Shown in pieces: positions 1 to 12,713 of a stretch of 64,000 nt of DNA. The stretch lies in contig NC_043005.1 in assembly GCF_006345805.1 (NCBI RefSeq), forward strand, positions 54,932,001 through 54,996,000, given 5' to 3'. The number at the start of each line of letters is the position of its first letter. The first letter of the stretch is position 1. The notes beneath the pieces were generated by a model. It was given only the letters and a program-made list of their open reading frames with translations, had not been told where the DNA came from and made no database searches. A program made the translations under genes and the position numbers. The stretch comes from Octopus sinensis (Eukaryota).

Positions 1-124
1 GGGCCAATAAAATAAGTACGTGCTGAGCACTGGGAAAGTGTGGTGGGGTCATTGTAATCAATTTACCCCTCTCCCAATGCTGCTGGCTTCGTGCCAAACT
101 TTTAAATCAATATCCTAATTATAT

Positions 125-350
125 TTAAGGTGGTGAGGTGATAGAATTGTAAGCACACCAAGGTAAAATGCTTAATGGCATTTCATCCATCATTATGCTC
201 TGAGTTCAAATTCTACCAAGGTCAACTTCACCTTTCATCATTTTGGGATCAATAAAATATATACCAGTTGACTACTGGAGTTGATGCAATCGACTTACCT
301 CCTCCCCTAAACTGTTGGCCTTGTGCCAAAATTTGAAACCAATATTCTAG
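125..350 (+). mobile_element. tRNA-derived SINE, family B (CTTTCATCCTTT.GGGGTCGA core), diverged copy
   Basis: Head aaggtggtgag...aaatgcttaatggcatttc, then tctgagttcaaattc...cacctttcatcattttgggatc...taccagtt, matching other copies in the window (1862, 13600, 20357, 44100). Boundaries approximate. Confidence 0.8.
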
Positions 351-779
351 TTACAATCAGAACAATATTTCTGTCCTCTTTGATAGGTTCTTAAATGGTT
401 TCAGTTTTCATTCATTTATAGATGTGTTTGTCACAGAATCAACTTATCATGTAGACTTTGTTCTGTGGTGATAAGCATGTACATAACTAATTAAATACAA
501 TTCATTCCTGTATAAACAATTGGTTTTAAGCTTAGCCTAAATATGTCAACAGTGCATTCACTAAATTAAAACAGACTTTAGCCTGCTACACAATATCTGA
601 ACTGAACTGGTTCAAACCCATTGCCCTTCTTATTGAAGAATAAATATATCTCCACATGAAAAACAAAATTATTTCCCTTTTTTAAAAGAAGTAATTTACT
701 TATGTGACTGTTCCTTTAGCATTTCAAGCATTAGTTTCATTCAAGGGATTGGTTAAGCTTTGTTTATGATGAAGGAGAA

Positions 780-1020
780 TGACATCATCATCATCGTCAT
801 CATCATCATCTTTTAATATTTGTTTTCCATGCTGGCTTAGGTTGGATAGTTTGACAAGAGCTGGCCAGCCAGAGAGCTGCACCAGCTTTCAATTGTCTGC
901 TTTGGCATGGTTTCTATGGCTGGATGCTCTTCCTAATGCCAACCACTTTACAGAGTGTACTGGGTGCTTCTTACATGGAATTGGTATGGGTGCTTTATAT
1001 GTGGCACCTCATGACAATTA
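780..1020 (-). mobile_element. SINE, family E (RTE-like 3' tail ending in (GAT)n)
   Basis: catcatcatc...ttttccatgctggc...ggatgctcttcctaatgccaaccac, the same as copies at 23275, 36545, 14975 and 32495. Confidence 0.8.
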
Positions 1021-1861
1021 TTTTTTAGTGCAATGAAGGGCATTGAACAAAATGTCTTTCAATATTTGTTCCAGTGCTTCTAGTTCTGAGTTCAAATCCT
1101 GCCCAGCTCAACTTTTCCTTTTGTTTCAGCATGTAGCTTTAGAAAATATAATTTTAAGCCATAGAAAGAAACAGATTTTTCATTTAGTTTTGAAATTAGT
1201 CCAAGACTATTTGAGATTTTAAACCACTTATTGACAGAATATTCCATATTTTGAAATGACATTTGCACACTGATTCTACTGGTAGTAATAAAAAAAATAG
1301 AAAGAGTTAAATTAAAATGATGAAAATAAAAAACACGATTCAATTTTGAAAGTGATATTAAAGTTTGTTTATTTGACTACTGTATCTCTGTCAGTGGAAA
1401 CTAAAAAACAATAGAATTGAACCAAAATGATTTAGTAATAAATCAACAAACTTAAGTAACAAAATCGCAGCATAACACATCAATTTAACGTTTTTGTTTT
1501 CATACTAGTCCAATCCTATTTATAATCTGAAATTAAAATGAGAAGAAGAAAAATATATATTGGGAAGATTTTAAAGTTATTAAGACTTTATGAGATTCAG
1601 GGGGAAAAAAAAAGAAAACTTAAGAAGAGAGTGAGTAATGTAGAACTGTACTAGCCCACTGAGACGATCACATGATTTAAATTCTAAATAAGAACAATTT
1701 CTATGTATTCATATCAAAAATACCTTCCAGAAAGGCATGAATATCACACAATCGTATTTTTGTTTTGAAAGTATCTGCAAATAGCTGTGACAGCAAAAAA
1801 TATCAATAATGTTCTAAAAGTCATTTTTCTATATGATTTCTTCTGAAATTAAGTAATTCTG

Positions 1862-2099
1862 CTTCTTATTTCTTTATTGCCCACAAGGGGCTAAACATAG
1901 AGGGGACAAACAAGGACAGACAAAGGGATTAAGTCGATTACATCGACCCCAGTGTGTAACTGGTACTTAATTTATCGATCCCGAAAGGATTTTTGGCAAA
2001 GTCGATCTTTGTGGAATTTGGACTCAGAACGTAACGGCAGATGAAATACCGCTAAGCATTTCACCCGGCATGCTAACGATTTTGCCAGCTTGCCACCTT
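1862..2099 (-). mobile_element. SINE family B, near full length, with target-site duplication
   Basis: Family B sequence flanked on both sides by ttaagtaattctg (about 1849-1861 and 2100-2112). Confidence 0.9.
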
Positions 2100-2446
2100 T
2101 AAGTAATTCTGTTCTGTTTATTAAGTAATTAAGTAATTCTGTTTCTGTTTAAACTTTTGATAAGCAAACAAATGCTTGACTGTGTAACCCTGAAGCAGAA
2201 AGATTAATTAATATTTTAAGATATACATATTGGAATTGCTGTGCAGTTAAGGAGTTCATTTTGCAACCCTAGGTTTCAGGTTCTGTTTAAATGCATGTCA
2301 CTTCGGGCAAGTGTCTTTTAATATAACACTGAACTGATTACAGCCTTGAGAGTGAATTTGTTTGGCAGAAACTAACAATAGGGTCATTTGATTGATTAAT
2401 GTATATATAATATATTAGTATGTGTATCAGTATATATCTTATGTGT

Positions 2447-2850
2447 GTGGTTGCTTCCCAACCACATGGTACTCAGTTCAGTCCCACTGCATAGTACCTT
2501 GGGCCAGTGTCTGCTACTATAACCTCAAGCTGACCAAAGCCTTATGAGTGGATTTGATAGACGGAAACTAAAAGAAGCCCATCATGTGTGTATGTGTGTG
2601 TATGTGTGTGTTGTATGTGTTGTGTGTATCCTTGTGTCTGTGCTTGTCCCCCACTACCACTTGACAACCAGTGTTAGAGTGTTTATGCCTTTGTAACTTA
2701 GCAGTTCATCAAAAGTGATCAATAGAATACATATCAGGCTTAACAAGTACTGGGGTTGATTCATCCTACAAAAAATTCTTCAAGGCAGTGCTCCAACATG
2801 GCCAAAGTCTAATGACTGAAACAGGTACAGGATAAACGATAAAAGACAAA
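2447..2850 (+). mobile_element. SINE family A (CORE-like head, internal microsatellite, conserved tail)
   Basis: cccaaccacatgg...cagtcccactgc...ccttgggccagtgtc...gtggatttgatagacggaaact...(TG)n...ttgacaacc...gtgctccaacatggcc...atgactgaaac. Confidence 0.85.
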
Positions 2851-3736
2851 GAAAAGAAATGGCATAACTATCAGAATCATTTATTAAAAACTTCAGTCTT
2901 TTGACATTCTTTGGACAAATGTTTTTTGGTGATTCCTGTGCTTAAAGGGTTAACTTAACACTTCCACACCTCAATCTGTTTTCTGTTTTTAATTAGTTTT
3001 TAGGCTTCAATGTTTTAATCAGTTTTCTGTCATTGTCTTTCACATACAGCCTTCAAGCCATGACTAGTATCCTGAAATGGACTCATCAATTATAACCGTC
3101 AGCTATAACAAAATATGACTTATTCTACACTTCCAAAAAGAAAGTGACTATGAAATACAGTTGCTATTGTTCAGAGTATTGATTTAATCTTCAGTATATA
3201 AAGCAGTTGTGAGTTCACAATAAACAAAACGCTAAAGATAGATGAAATGTGCTAAAATTACCAACAAAATTCTTTGGAAAATCTCTTCCTCACTTTTCAG
3301 GATTTTTCGTGAAGGTTTCTCATTAACAAATATCATAATACTTGCTGCTTCAGATATCACAAATATCACAGGCATTGTCTGGTGAACTGTCTGCCACAGA
3401 AAAAGAGCAAGAGCGGATACAATAGCTTAAGTAACAAGTATAAACAGGACCCTGAGTATTGAAATTAAAATTGACCTCATTCGTTTAGTACCACTGTAAC
3501 CTTGGCTGGTATAAAACACTAATAAAAACACAAAGGAAGGAATAGAAGATTTAAATGCTTGAATAGCTGCATTCAGTTGAGAAGAAATTTATTCTAAAGG
3601 AGAAAGAGTCGAATTAAATACATTGATTTTTAATTTAGGAAGAATAAATCTAATCATTGTATTTTTCTGGCGACTCTCCATACCATAGACACACACACAC
3701 ACACATATGTATATATATATGTGTATATATATATAT

Positions 3737-3767
<31 letters not shown>

Positions 3768-3830
3768 ACTATATATCACACACATACATATATATATACA
3801 TACATATATATATATATATATGTATATATA

Positions 3831-3891
<61 letters not shown>

Positions 3892-4869
3892 ATGTGTGTG
3901 TGTGTGTGTCTAAACTCTCTAGTAGTGTCTGAATATGTGTCTGCATGTATTTGTTACAACTATGGTGGAACGGAATATTTATTAGGTTTAAGAGAAACGT
4001 GTTATCATTATAAAACGCAGTCAAGAAGAAGTAACATATTGTGTATACAAGTTAGCATCAACATAATTGACACCTTTGATGTTCTAGCAGAGAATTCTAC
4101 AAAAGTGTTCTGTGCCGTTACATTTTCAAGATATGTGTAAGCATTTCAAGATATTCTAATAGGCCTGAGAAACATATATACAGTTTTATTAACAGCATCA
4201 AATAAGGAACTGTTGTTTTGTTGTGGTTTTAATGTTTGTAGAGCAAACATTTATTTAAAACTACATACTAATTTTATGTTTTTGATAAATGTTTTGGAAA
4301 CTACCTCTAAAATTCAGGGCATTTCAAAGAAATTACAATAAAAATAACTTTTAGTTAACTTTACCAGGCTTGAGTGGATGCCAAATATCAATAAAATGCT
4401 CCAGCTTGTTAAATTTATTCCAAACAAGACAAAGGGTATATATCAGTGGAAATGGTAATTGTGAAACTCTTTTTTTACTAAGTGGTCATCCAAGTTATCT
4501 ACAAAATAACCAATCTACTTCATAGGTTGGCAAGGAAAGTGATAGGACAAATAAGATACACAATAACAAAGTCAATAAGTTTTCTCAGAATGATAAGACT
4601 ACATTACTGGTAAGTTGCTTTCAGAGTACGAAAGAGAGAGAAAGAAGGTTTGCATGAAATAAAGGAGAGGATGAAGTTTTCCTTTAAGGGGTGAGAACTG
4701 CTCACAGTTTGTATTTATTATTATTATTATTATGAGAGGTCTTTTTCATATGAGTGAGAGAGCATGTGAAATAATATTTCCATATAATCTGATTTTTACT
4801 TTTACATTTTAAGTGTCTTAGTATCTGTAGATAACACTATTTTACTTTTCTTATGAGTTCCTCAGTACG

Positions 4870-5700
4870 ACATAACTTGGGACCATGAAATTAGTTGGTC
4901 TCTAAAAATCTAGCTCTGAGGATGCTTTCTTGTTCTTTTTATGAAGTGATCTGTCCATTATGCCCCAAAAGTGTTGAATAGGATTCATATCTGGAAGATT
5001 TTTATGCCATTCTCTTCCAACCAATCTTGGTTCTTTTTTAGCCATGTGACAAGGAGACCCATCTTCCATAAATAGTCTTCTTTAATCCTTTCAGCACTGG
5101 AGAAGATTGGAAGGAGTCCTTACTGTAATACTGTCACATATTTATCTGAGTTTATGTTTCCTTCAAACTCCATCAGCTCTGATCAGCCATTGATCGAAAT
5201 TGCTCCCCAAACTATCACAGAATAGCCACCACGTTTTATTGTTGGCTGCAATATTTTCACATCAAATTTTTGATCACAGAGTCTCCAGACCCTCACTCAA
5301 CCACTGTCAGAAAATACAGCAAATCTGGACTCATCAGAGGATATGACAGTGTCCCAAAATGCTAGTGGCCTCTCCATCATCTCACTGGCCCAGTGTTTTC
5401 TCTGCTTGATATTGGCTGTTCTGGGACTGACATCAAATTTATGTCAGAGGCCTCGCAATGAGGATTATCTTCCACACTTCTCTTGACAAACTGAAGGATT
5501 CTGTCAGAGGGTCCTGGTTGACCTGGACGAGGTGATGTGCACTTCTTCCCCTCTGTGGTAAATTGCACAATCACTCTATTAACTGCAGAAAGTGAGATCC
5601 CAAGGTTTTCTATGATTTTACGCTGACTAAGTCCACCTTCAGATTGACCCACAATATGGTCTCTTTGAAATTCAGACAGTTACAAGGTTTCTTTTGTATA
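4870..5700 (-). mobile_element. Tc1-like transposase relic with stops and frameshifts
   Basis: Minus-strand translation gives an N-terminal HTH (ORF 5377-5652, [21 protein letters not shown]), [32 protein letters not shown] and PDMNPIQHFWG, which are the DDE motifs of IS630-Tc1-mariner transposases. Confidence 0.9.
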
Positions 5701-5922
5701 CAGCATGATTAAATAGTTACATATAGAACCTGAAACATAAAAATGTCAATTAATAAAAGATATATACCTTTACAAGCCAGAATAAACATAAAATGATGTT
5801 TTATGGAGTATCTATTTACATCTATTTACTTCTGTTATGTCTGTGTATATAGATATGTATAGACATTATATGTATATATATTATATGTGTATATATATAT
5901 ATGTATATACTGTTGTGGCTGT

Positions 5923-6059
5923 GGAGTGTCATTTTCTTTTTGTGCCTTATAATTTAACACACTCACCAGTAAAATTTCCACTTATTTCTTATTTTTATTT
6001 TCCTAAATTTTACCGGTGAGTGTGTTAAATTATAAGGCACAAAAAGAAAATGACTCTCC
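5923..6059. repeat. Near-perfect palindrome (about 55-bp arms, about 28-nt spacer), foldback/MITE-like
   Basis: gtcattttctttttgtgccttataatttaacacactcaccagtaaaattt ... aaattttaccggtgagtgtgttaaattataaggcacaaaaagaaaatgac. Confidence 0.9.
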
Positions 6060-6212
6060 CCAGACACAACAGAATATGCTTCAACACACGAACTCATATG
6101 AAGAATCTTGCAAACCAAATCCAAAAACGAAATATATGTATATATATATATATAGATTTATATATCATATATAAAACATATATATATATACATACATACA
6201 TACATATCTATA

Positions 6213-6270
<58 letters not shown>

Positions 6271-7409
6271 CTTTAAGGTGTATTCTGTTAGGAACATAGC
6301 AGAGAACAAAATAAAGCTCATTTACCCTTAGAATTACCAAATGGCCATGGTATACTTTACCCTTAGAATTACCAATGGCTATGGTATACTTTCAAGTCTC
6401 CATCTACTAAATCAACTCACAAGGTTTTGATCAGCCTAGAGCTATAGTAGAAGACAATTGCCCAAGTTGCTTCAAAGGTGACTAAACTCAGAACAATAGC
6501 ATAAACATTTAAAAAGTTCTGTTGCTTGACAACCATAAAGTCTAAATGAAGCTAAAAAGGTCTGGAGGGAATGCAAATAAGGCTCAAAATCCAGTGTTTC
6601 ATTATGAGATAATGTTAATAAGGTTTTCTAGCAAAAGTACTAATCTTCATCAATTTGAAGAGGATTATCTGCTGTAGATATAATTGACATTCAACAACCC
6701 AACATTCTAAGTTCACATCACACCACTGTCATTAACTTTGCCTTCCAGAACCAATCAAATACTGAAGCTGATACAATCAACTGGTAGTTATAATCAACCG
6801 TGTACTTTCATAAGTAAATCAATAGATTTACTTATTAATTGATACCTCTGATCACTGAAAGTTGTTTATTTACAGCAGTGTGTAAATAAATAAATATAAT
6901 ACTACAGTACTTGACTGGTAATTTATTTTTACTAACTTTTGAAAAGATGAAAGGCAACATTCACACAGCAAAGAATTTGAACTGATAACATGAAACAATG
7001 CAACTAGGTATTGCCAAGAGTTCTCCCTGACACTTTGGTAATTTTGATAATTACTGTTCTGTGACAGTGTCAATAATAAAAATTATACATAGGAGTGTGC
7101 ATTATATACATATATATATACATACACACACACACAAACATATAAACGTGTGTGTGTGTGTAGTGTTTGAAGTGTAGAACAGACATTGTATATTGAGAAA
7201 AAGGAGGCATACTTGGAAGAAAAGCTTTATGAAGAAATAAAGAGAGCTTTTATGAAGAATTATCCAAAATTTTGACAGCCACATTTATCTCAATATATAA
7301 TATCTGTGCACCACTTCAGACACTCTATACACACACACATACACACACACACACCACACACATATATATATATATACATATATATATTATACATACATAT
7401 ATATATATA

Positions 7410-7453
<44 letters not shown>

Positions 7454-7489
7454 GCGTATATGTATATATATATATGTATGTATATATAT

Positions 7490-7805
7490 ATAAAACAATA
7501 AACCTCGCCCTTTTCAAGCCTAGCCAGGCTCATGGGCCCGGTTTCCCAGTTTCTGTGGTGTATGTGTTCCCCTCAGGTGAGCAGGACGCCAGTCCATCAC
7601 AGCATTACTCAAGAAACAGGAAGAGAGAGTGAGAGAAAGTTGTAGCAAAAGAGTACAACAGGGGTCACCACCACCCCCTGCCAGAGCCTCATTGAGCTTT
7701 TAGGTATTTTCGCTAATAAACACACATAATGCCCGGTCGGGAAATCGAAACCGCGATCCTCCGACCGCAAGTCCACTGCCCCAACCACTGGGCCATTGTG
7801 CCTCT
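7490..7805 (-). mobile_element. tRNA-derived SINE, family D
   Basis: Minus strand begins aggcacaatggcccagtggttggggcagtggacttgcggtcggaggatcgcggtttcgatttcccgaccggg (A and B boxes), followed by a non-tRNA body. Confidence 0.8.
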
Positions 7806-7806
7806 G

Positions 7807-7878
<72 letters not shown>

Positions 7879-8673
7879 TAGACACACACACACACACACA
7901 TATCACTTGTTAAGGTCATCGCAATACATTTTCTTTAGAAATCATAGCCAGCACTGATTTTGTTATGACATTTCGTATCCAAGATGCCAAATGTAAACAA
8001 CAACGAGATTGAAAATGAAAAATGAGTAATAGACATATATATACGACATATTTCAGGAGATTTTGGTCCTTCATCAACATCCATCCAACCCATTAATTAT
8101 CCACGAATTCATTGCTTAAATAGCCACTAAATATAACGCTGTAATGTTACTAGATATACCATAACCCAGTTTTTCATTTAATATCATTGTTGTTGTTCAT
8201 ATCTGGTGTCTTGGATATGTAATGTCGTAACAGAATTATTGCTAGTTATAATTTCTATCAAAAATCTGTAGGGATGACCTTAACAACTGTTTTAATAGCA
8301 CTACTAACACAGAAGGACACATTATTGGCTTATAAAAATGTTGAATATACTTTGTAGTAAGTTATGGTTGGATAACGAAATACCATGTTCCTACAAGTCA
8401 TTAATAAACACACACACATGCACACACATGCACACGCATGCACACACACACACAGCTATAAAGGATAGCATGTAAATATTGGGTTTGGGAAACTCTTTTG
8501 GATAGAAGAGCCAACAAATTCTTCTATCCTATAGGATTTTTCAAATCAATATTTACATGCTATTATTTATAGCTCTATGTGTGCTTCAAGATGCAGTTCC
8601 AAAAAAGAATTATTTCACATTCTCTTGAAATTTTAAGATATATGAGTGTTTGTGTGTGTGTGTGTACACATAT

Positions 8674-8720
<47 letters not shown>

Positions 8721-8738
8721 TCTTTTATTCTTTTATGT

Positions 8739-9045
8739 GAAGGCACATGGCTCAGTGGTTAGAGCATCAAGCTTACGATCATGAGGTTGTGAGCTCGAAT
8801 CCCAGACTGGGCTGCATGTTGTGTTCTTGAGCAAGACACTTTATTTCCCGTTGCTCCATTTCACTCAGCTGCAGAAATGAGTTACAACATCACTGGTGCC
8901 AAGCTGTATCGGCCTTTGCCTTTCCTTTGGATAACACTGGTGGCATGGAGAGGGGAGGCTGGTATGCATGGGCGATTGCTGGTCTTCCATAAACAACCTT
9001 GCATGGACTTGTGCCTTGGAGGGTAACTTTCTAGGTGCAATCCCT
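8739..9045 (+). mobile_element. tRNA-derived SINE, family C (V-domain-like core)
   Basis: gaaggcacatggctcagtggttagagc...tcgaatccc...gttcttgagcaagacacttt...cactcagctg. Siblings at 9420, 16960, 18500, 31870 and 62578. Confidence 0.85.
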
Positions 9046-9092
9046 GAGACTGTAGCAATGCTGGGACACTGCTAGTGGTAAAATTGACGTGT

Positions 9093-9163
9093 CTCCCCAG
9101 TGGGGAATCAAACCCTGGTCTCCTACATGATAGGTGGGGATACTTACCACTATCATCAATAGT
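9093..9163 (-). pseudogene. tRNA-Asp(GTC)-derived pseudogene or SINE head
   Basis: Minus strand atagtggtaagtatccccacctatcatgtaggagaccagggtttgattccccactggggag aligns to canonical eukaryotic tRNA-Asp (ATAGTGGTGAGTATCCCCGCCTGTCACGCGGGAGACCGGGGTTCGATTCCCCGACGGGGAG). Most differences fall at CpG sites, the anticodon is GTC>ATC and the 5' acceptor strand is degraded. Confidence 0.75.
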
Positions 9164-9380
9164 TCATATATCCAAAAAACATTTAAGAAGCAAAGACATG
9201 GCGAGTTATAGAGTGACCTTTGGTTTATACCTATAATGTGCTTGTAAAACCAATGGCCATTCAATGACCGGCCATAAATTTAAACTACCTAAGTTACACA
9301 CACACACATACATACACACATACATACATACATACATACATACATACATACATACATACATACATACATACATACATACA

Positions 9381-9413
<33 letters not shown>

Positions 9414-9699
9414 GTATGTATGTAAAGTGGTTAGGGTGTTGGATCTATGAGCATAAAATTGTGGTTTTGATTCCTGGATCGGGCAACACATTGTGTTCTT
9501 GAGCAAAACACTTCATTTCACATTGCCCCAGTCCACTCAGCTGGCAAAAATGAGTAATCTTGCAACCAGATGCTTTTCCTGTCACCAACCTTCTTATGTT
9601 TCTCGCATGTTTCTCATGAAAGACTGGAAATAATAACTTCACTTTTTGGGAAGCAATCTTCTTAACAACACAACCAAGTCTGCACTTCTATATATTCTT

Positions 9700-9986
9700 T
9701 TATTCTTTTATTTAATTCAGTCATTTGACTGCGGCCATGCTGGAGCACCAACTTTAGTTTAAGAAATCAATTCCAGAACTTATTCTTTGTAAGCCTAGCA
9801 CTTATTCTATCAGTCTCTTTTGTCGAACTGCTAGGTTACAGGAACGTGAACACACCAACATCAGTTGTCAAGCAATGGTGGAGGGACAAACACGGACACA
9901 AATACCTAATACATAATGCATACATACATACATATATATGTATGTATGTATATATATATATATATGAATATATATATATATATATC

Positions 9987-10024
<38 letters not shown>

Positions 10025-10040
10025 ATATATGAATATATAT

Positions 10041-10098
<58 letters not shown>

Positions 10099-10256
10099 GG
10101 CTTCTTTCAGTTTCTGTCTACCAAATCCACTCACAAAGCTTTGGCAGGCCTGAGGTTATAGTAGAAGACACTTGCCCAAGGTGCCATGCAGTGGGACTGA
10201 ACCCAAAACCATGTGGTTGGTAAGCAAGCTACTTACCACACAGCCACTGCTGCACC
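9700..10256 (-). mobile_element. SINE family A with long internal (TA)n
   Basis: Reverse complement of the family A tail (ttcagtcatttgactgcggccatgctggagcac), a microsatellite, then the head (ccaaatccactcacaaagc...cacttgcccaaggtgcc). Confidence 0.9.
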
Positions 10257-10409
10257 TATCTTTAGTATGTCAAAATGTAAGTTACCTGGTTAATAAATAA
10301 TGATCAATAAAATAAATTTTAGCATTGTGCTTGTTAATTAGTCAGCGTGATCTGAGACCTTGACGTTGAAACTAAAGTAATTAAGCCTTTAAAAACACCA
10401 AAAAAGAGT

Positions 10410-10446
<37 letters not shown>

Positions 10447-10579
10447 AAAAACTGAAATTCATTTTACTGTTTACTCCTTGAGGTGTCAAAATTTCCATTA
10501 TATGACTGCATTCTGCTGTCTGACATAGTTCCACAAAAAAATATGTACTAAACTAAGCACTTTGGGAGGTAAAGTAGCC

Positions 10580-10726
10580 AGGTGTGGCTATGTGGTAAGA
10601 AGTTCCCTTCCCAACCACAGAGTTTCAGGTTCAGTCCCACTGCATGGCACCATGGGCTATTGCCTCAGGCCGACCAAAGCTTTGTGAGTGAATTTGGAAG
10701 ACAGAAACTGAAAGAAGACTGTCGTA

Positions 10727-10783
<57 letters not shown>

Positions 10784-11075
10784 GTATGTGTGTGTGTGTG
10801 TGTACATGTGTGTGTGTGCATGAGTGTGCACATGCGTGTGCATGTCTTTGCATCTGTGTTTTTCCCTCCCCCATACCACTTGGCAACCAGTGTTGGTGAG
10901 TCTACAACCCCATAAGTTAGCAGTTCGGCAAAAGGAGACTGATGGAATAAGTACCAGACTTGAAAGAAAAATAGTACTTGGGTCAATTCATTTGACTAAA
11001 GACTCTTCAAGGTGGTGCCCCAGCATGGCCACAGACTAATGACTGAAACAAATGAAAAATATAAGATGAAATATA
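10580..11075 (+). mobile_element. SINE family A with internal (TG)n
   Basis: Full head, microsatellite and tail organisation. Confidence 0.9.
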
Positions 11076-11220
11076 TAATGAAAAGCTCCTGAAAATAATG
11101 TCCCAGTGCAACCACAGTGTTATGACTGAAACCTGTGCAAGGACAAAAGAAAATATTTTAAGAAATGAAGACTTATTTTAGAAAGAGAAGAGATGGCAGA
11201 ATATAACTGCAATATCTTAC

Positions 11221-11277
11221 CGCTTCTCATGTTATACCAACATTTAGCTAATGTCCTCATTTGCAGAGAGTTATCCA
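11221..11277 (-). CDS. Candidate 57-nt coding exon (phase 1-1), protein unidentified
   Basis: Acceptor gcttttctttgtttcaaaacag, donor gtaaga. Only one frame is open: (V)DNSLQMRTLAKCWYNMRS(G). No homology recognised. Confidence 0.3.
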
Positions 11278-11334
11278 CTGTTTTGAAACAAAGAAAAGCT
11301 TTCAATCTGCACGCTAATGTTTAACCATTTGTTA

Positions 11335-11594
11335 AATAGAAATGGTAAACTGATGCCATTATGTTGTGGTTTTGACAGTTAATCTGTGAATTCTAAGTTA
11401 ACTTTTTTCATTTGAATTCCTTTGTTATTTTTTTCTTGTAAGAAAACAAACAAACAAAAAATGGTAAACTATTGTGTTATTTTGTGATTTTGACACTAAG
11501 TCGACGAATTCTTGGTTAATTATTTTCAGTCAAATTTCATTGATTTTGTAAGAACATAAAAATGGTAACCCCTCCCCCAGGCACACACAGACAC

Positions 11595-11642
<48 letters not shown>

Positions 11643-11910
11643 ATGCTTGATGCGTTATGTTGTAATTTTGATTCTAAAATTGTGATTTATAAGCAAATCA
11701 TTCAGTTGAATTCCATTGTTTTCCATATGAAAACAAAGAAAATGGTTTACTGATTGGTTGTGTTACAAATTTTGATGCTAAGACTGTGATTTATTAGAGA
11801 AACATTTCTGTTGAACTTTATTGTTTTTTGTCCTGCTATTTATTTGTTTTTTATTCCTGACAGAGATAAAGTAGTCAAATAAGCAAACTTTAATATTACT
11901 TTCAAAATCA
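11335..11910. repeat. Degenerate tandem array of about 100-120-bp units, interrupted by (CA)n
   Basis: Recurrent aaaatggtaaact...tgttatgttgtg.ttttgac...gtgaatt...ttgaattcc units at about 11337, 11458, 11640 and 11741. Confidence 0.6.
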
Positions 11911-12154
11911 GATGTAATTCACCAAAATGCTACAGTCACTAGTTCATATTCATATATGCTTGTTTCTTCTTACACACACACACACATATGCATATCTATA
12001 TATATGTATGTATATATATATCTGTATATATATATATATTATATATATATATATATATTAATTTTAATCCAAAAGGGAAAAACAGAAAAAAACAACACGT
12101 GGAACAATTACAGTATTATTATTAATAGGCGCTCAGGAAAGATGGAGCAAGAAG

Positions 12155-12189
12155 GTATGACGTTTCGAGCGGAGCTCTTCGTCGGAAAC
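12155..12189 (-). ncRNA. Minimal type I hammerhead-ribozyme-like motif, copy 1
   Basis: Minus strand gttt-CCGACGA-a-gagc-tcc-gctc-GAAACGTC-atac: a CUGANGA-like box (U4>C), a 4-bp stem II, GAAA and a palindromic ACGT helix III. Stem I is imperfect. Confidence 0.5.
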
Positions 12190-12582
12190 ATAAAGAAGAG
12201 AGAGAGAAAGAAGATCCCAAAGTGGGCAATCAGATAAATTATAGTGTGCAGATATATCATGCACACTTTTATATATTGCTCATTGGTTACCCAGCATGTT
12301 GGCTAATGTCAGACGCTTTCTAATGCTATTCCTTTAACCTAATATCTCCAACATTTGAGAAGGTTGGACTGGAAACTTTTATTTGCTTGATGGCTGCAGC
12401 ACAAGAGATATAATGAAAGATAATATTGAATATCATATTGATTGGCCTCTTTGGCACTAAATGAAAGACTGCATAGTTTGGAAAGTTATATATGTACACA
12501 CACACACACATATGCATATCTATATATATGTATGTATATATATGCATATCTGTATATATATATACATACACACACACATGTA

Positions 12583-12625
<43 letters not shown>

Positions 12626-12713
12626 AATCCAAACGGGAAAACAGAAAAAACAACACGTGGAACAATTACAGTATTATTATTAATAGGCGCTCAGGAAAGA
12701 TGGAAGCAAGAAG

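Noticed and set aside
3040-4700. Coding-like but stop-riddled sequence on both sides of a microsatellite
   Set aside because: No domain motif recognised. Probably an old TE, but not assignable.
8057-8130. Possible terminal exon DFGPSSTSIQPINYPRIHCLNSH*
   Set aside because: Weak polypyrimidine tract and no linked upstream exon.
8500-8529. Perfect 10-bp hairpin ggatagaaga/tcttctatcc
   Set aside because: Isolated and short; expected by chance in 64 kb.
8739-8810. tRNA-like heads of SINE families C and D as tRNA genes
   Set aside because: They have A/B boxes only, no full cloverleaf, and continue into SINE bodies.
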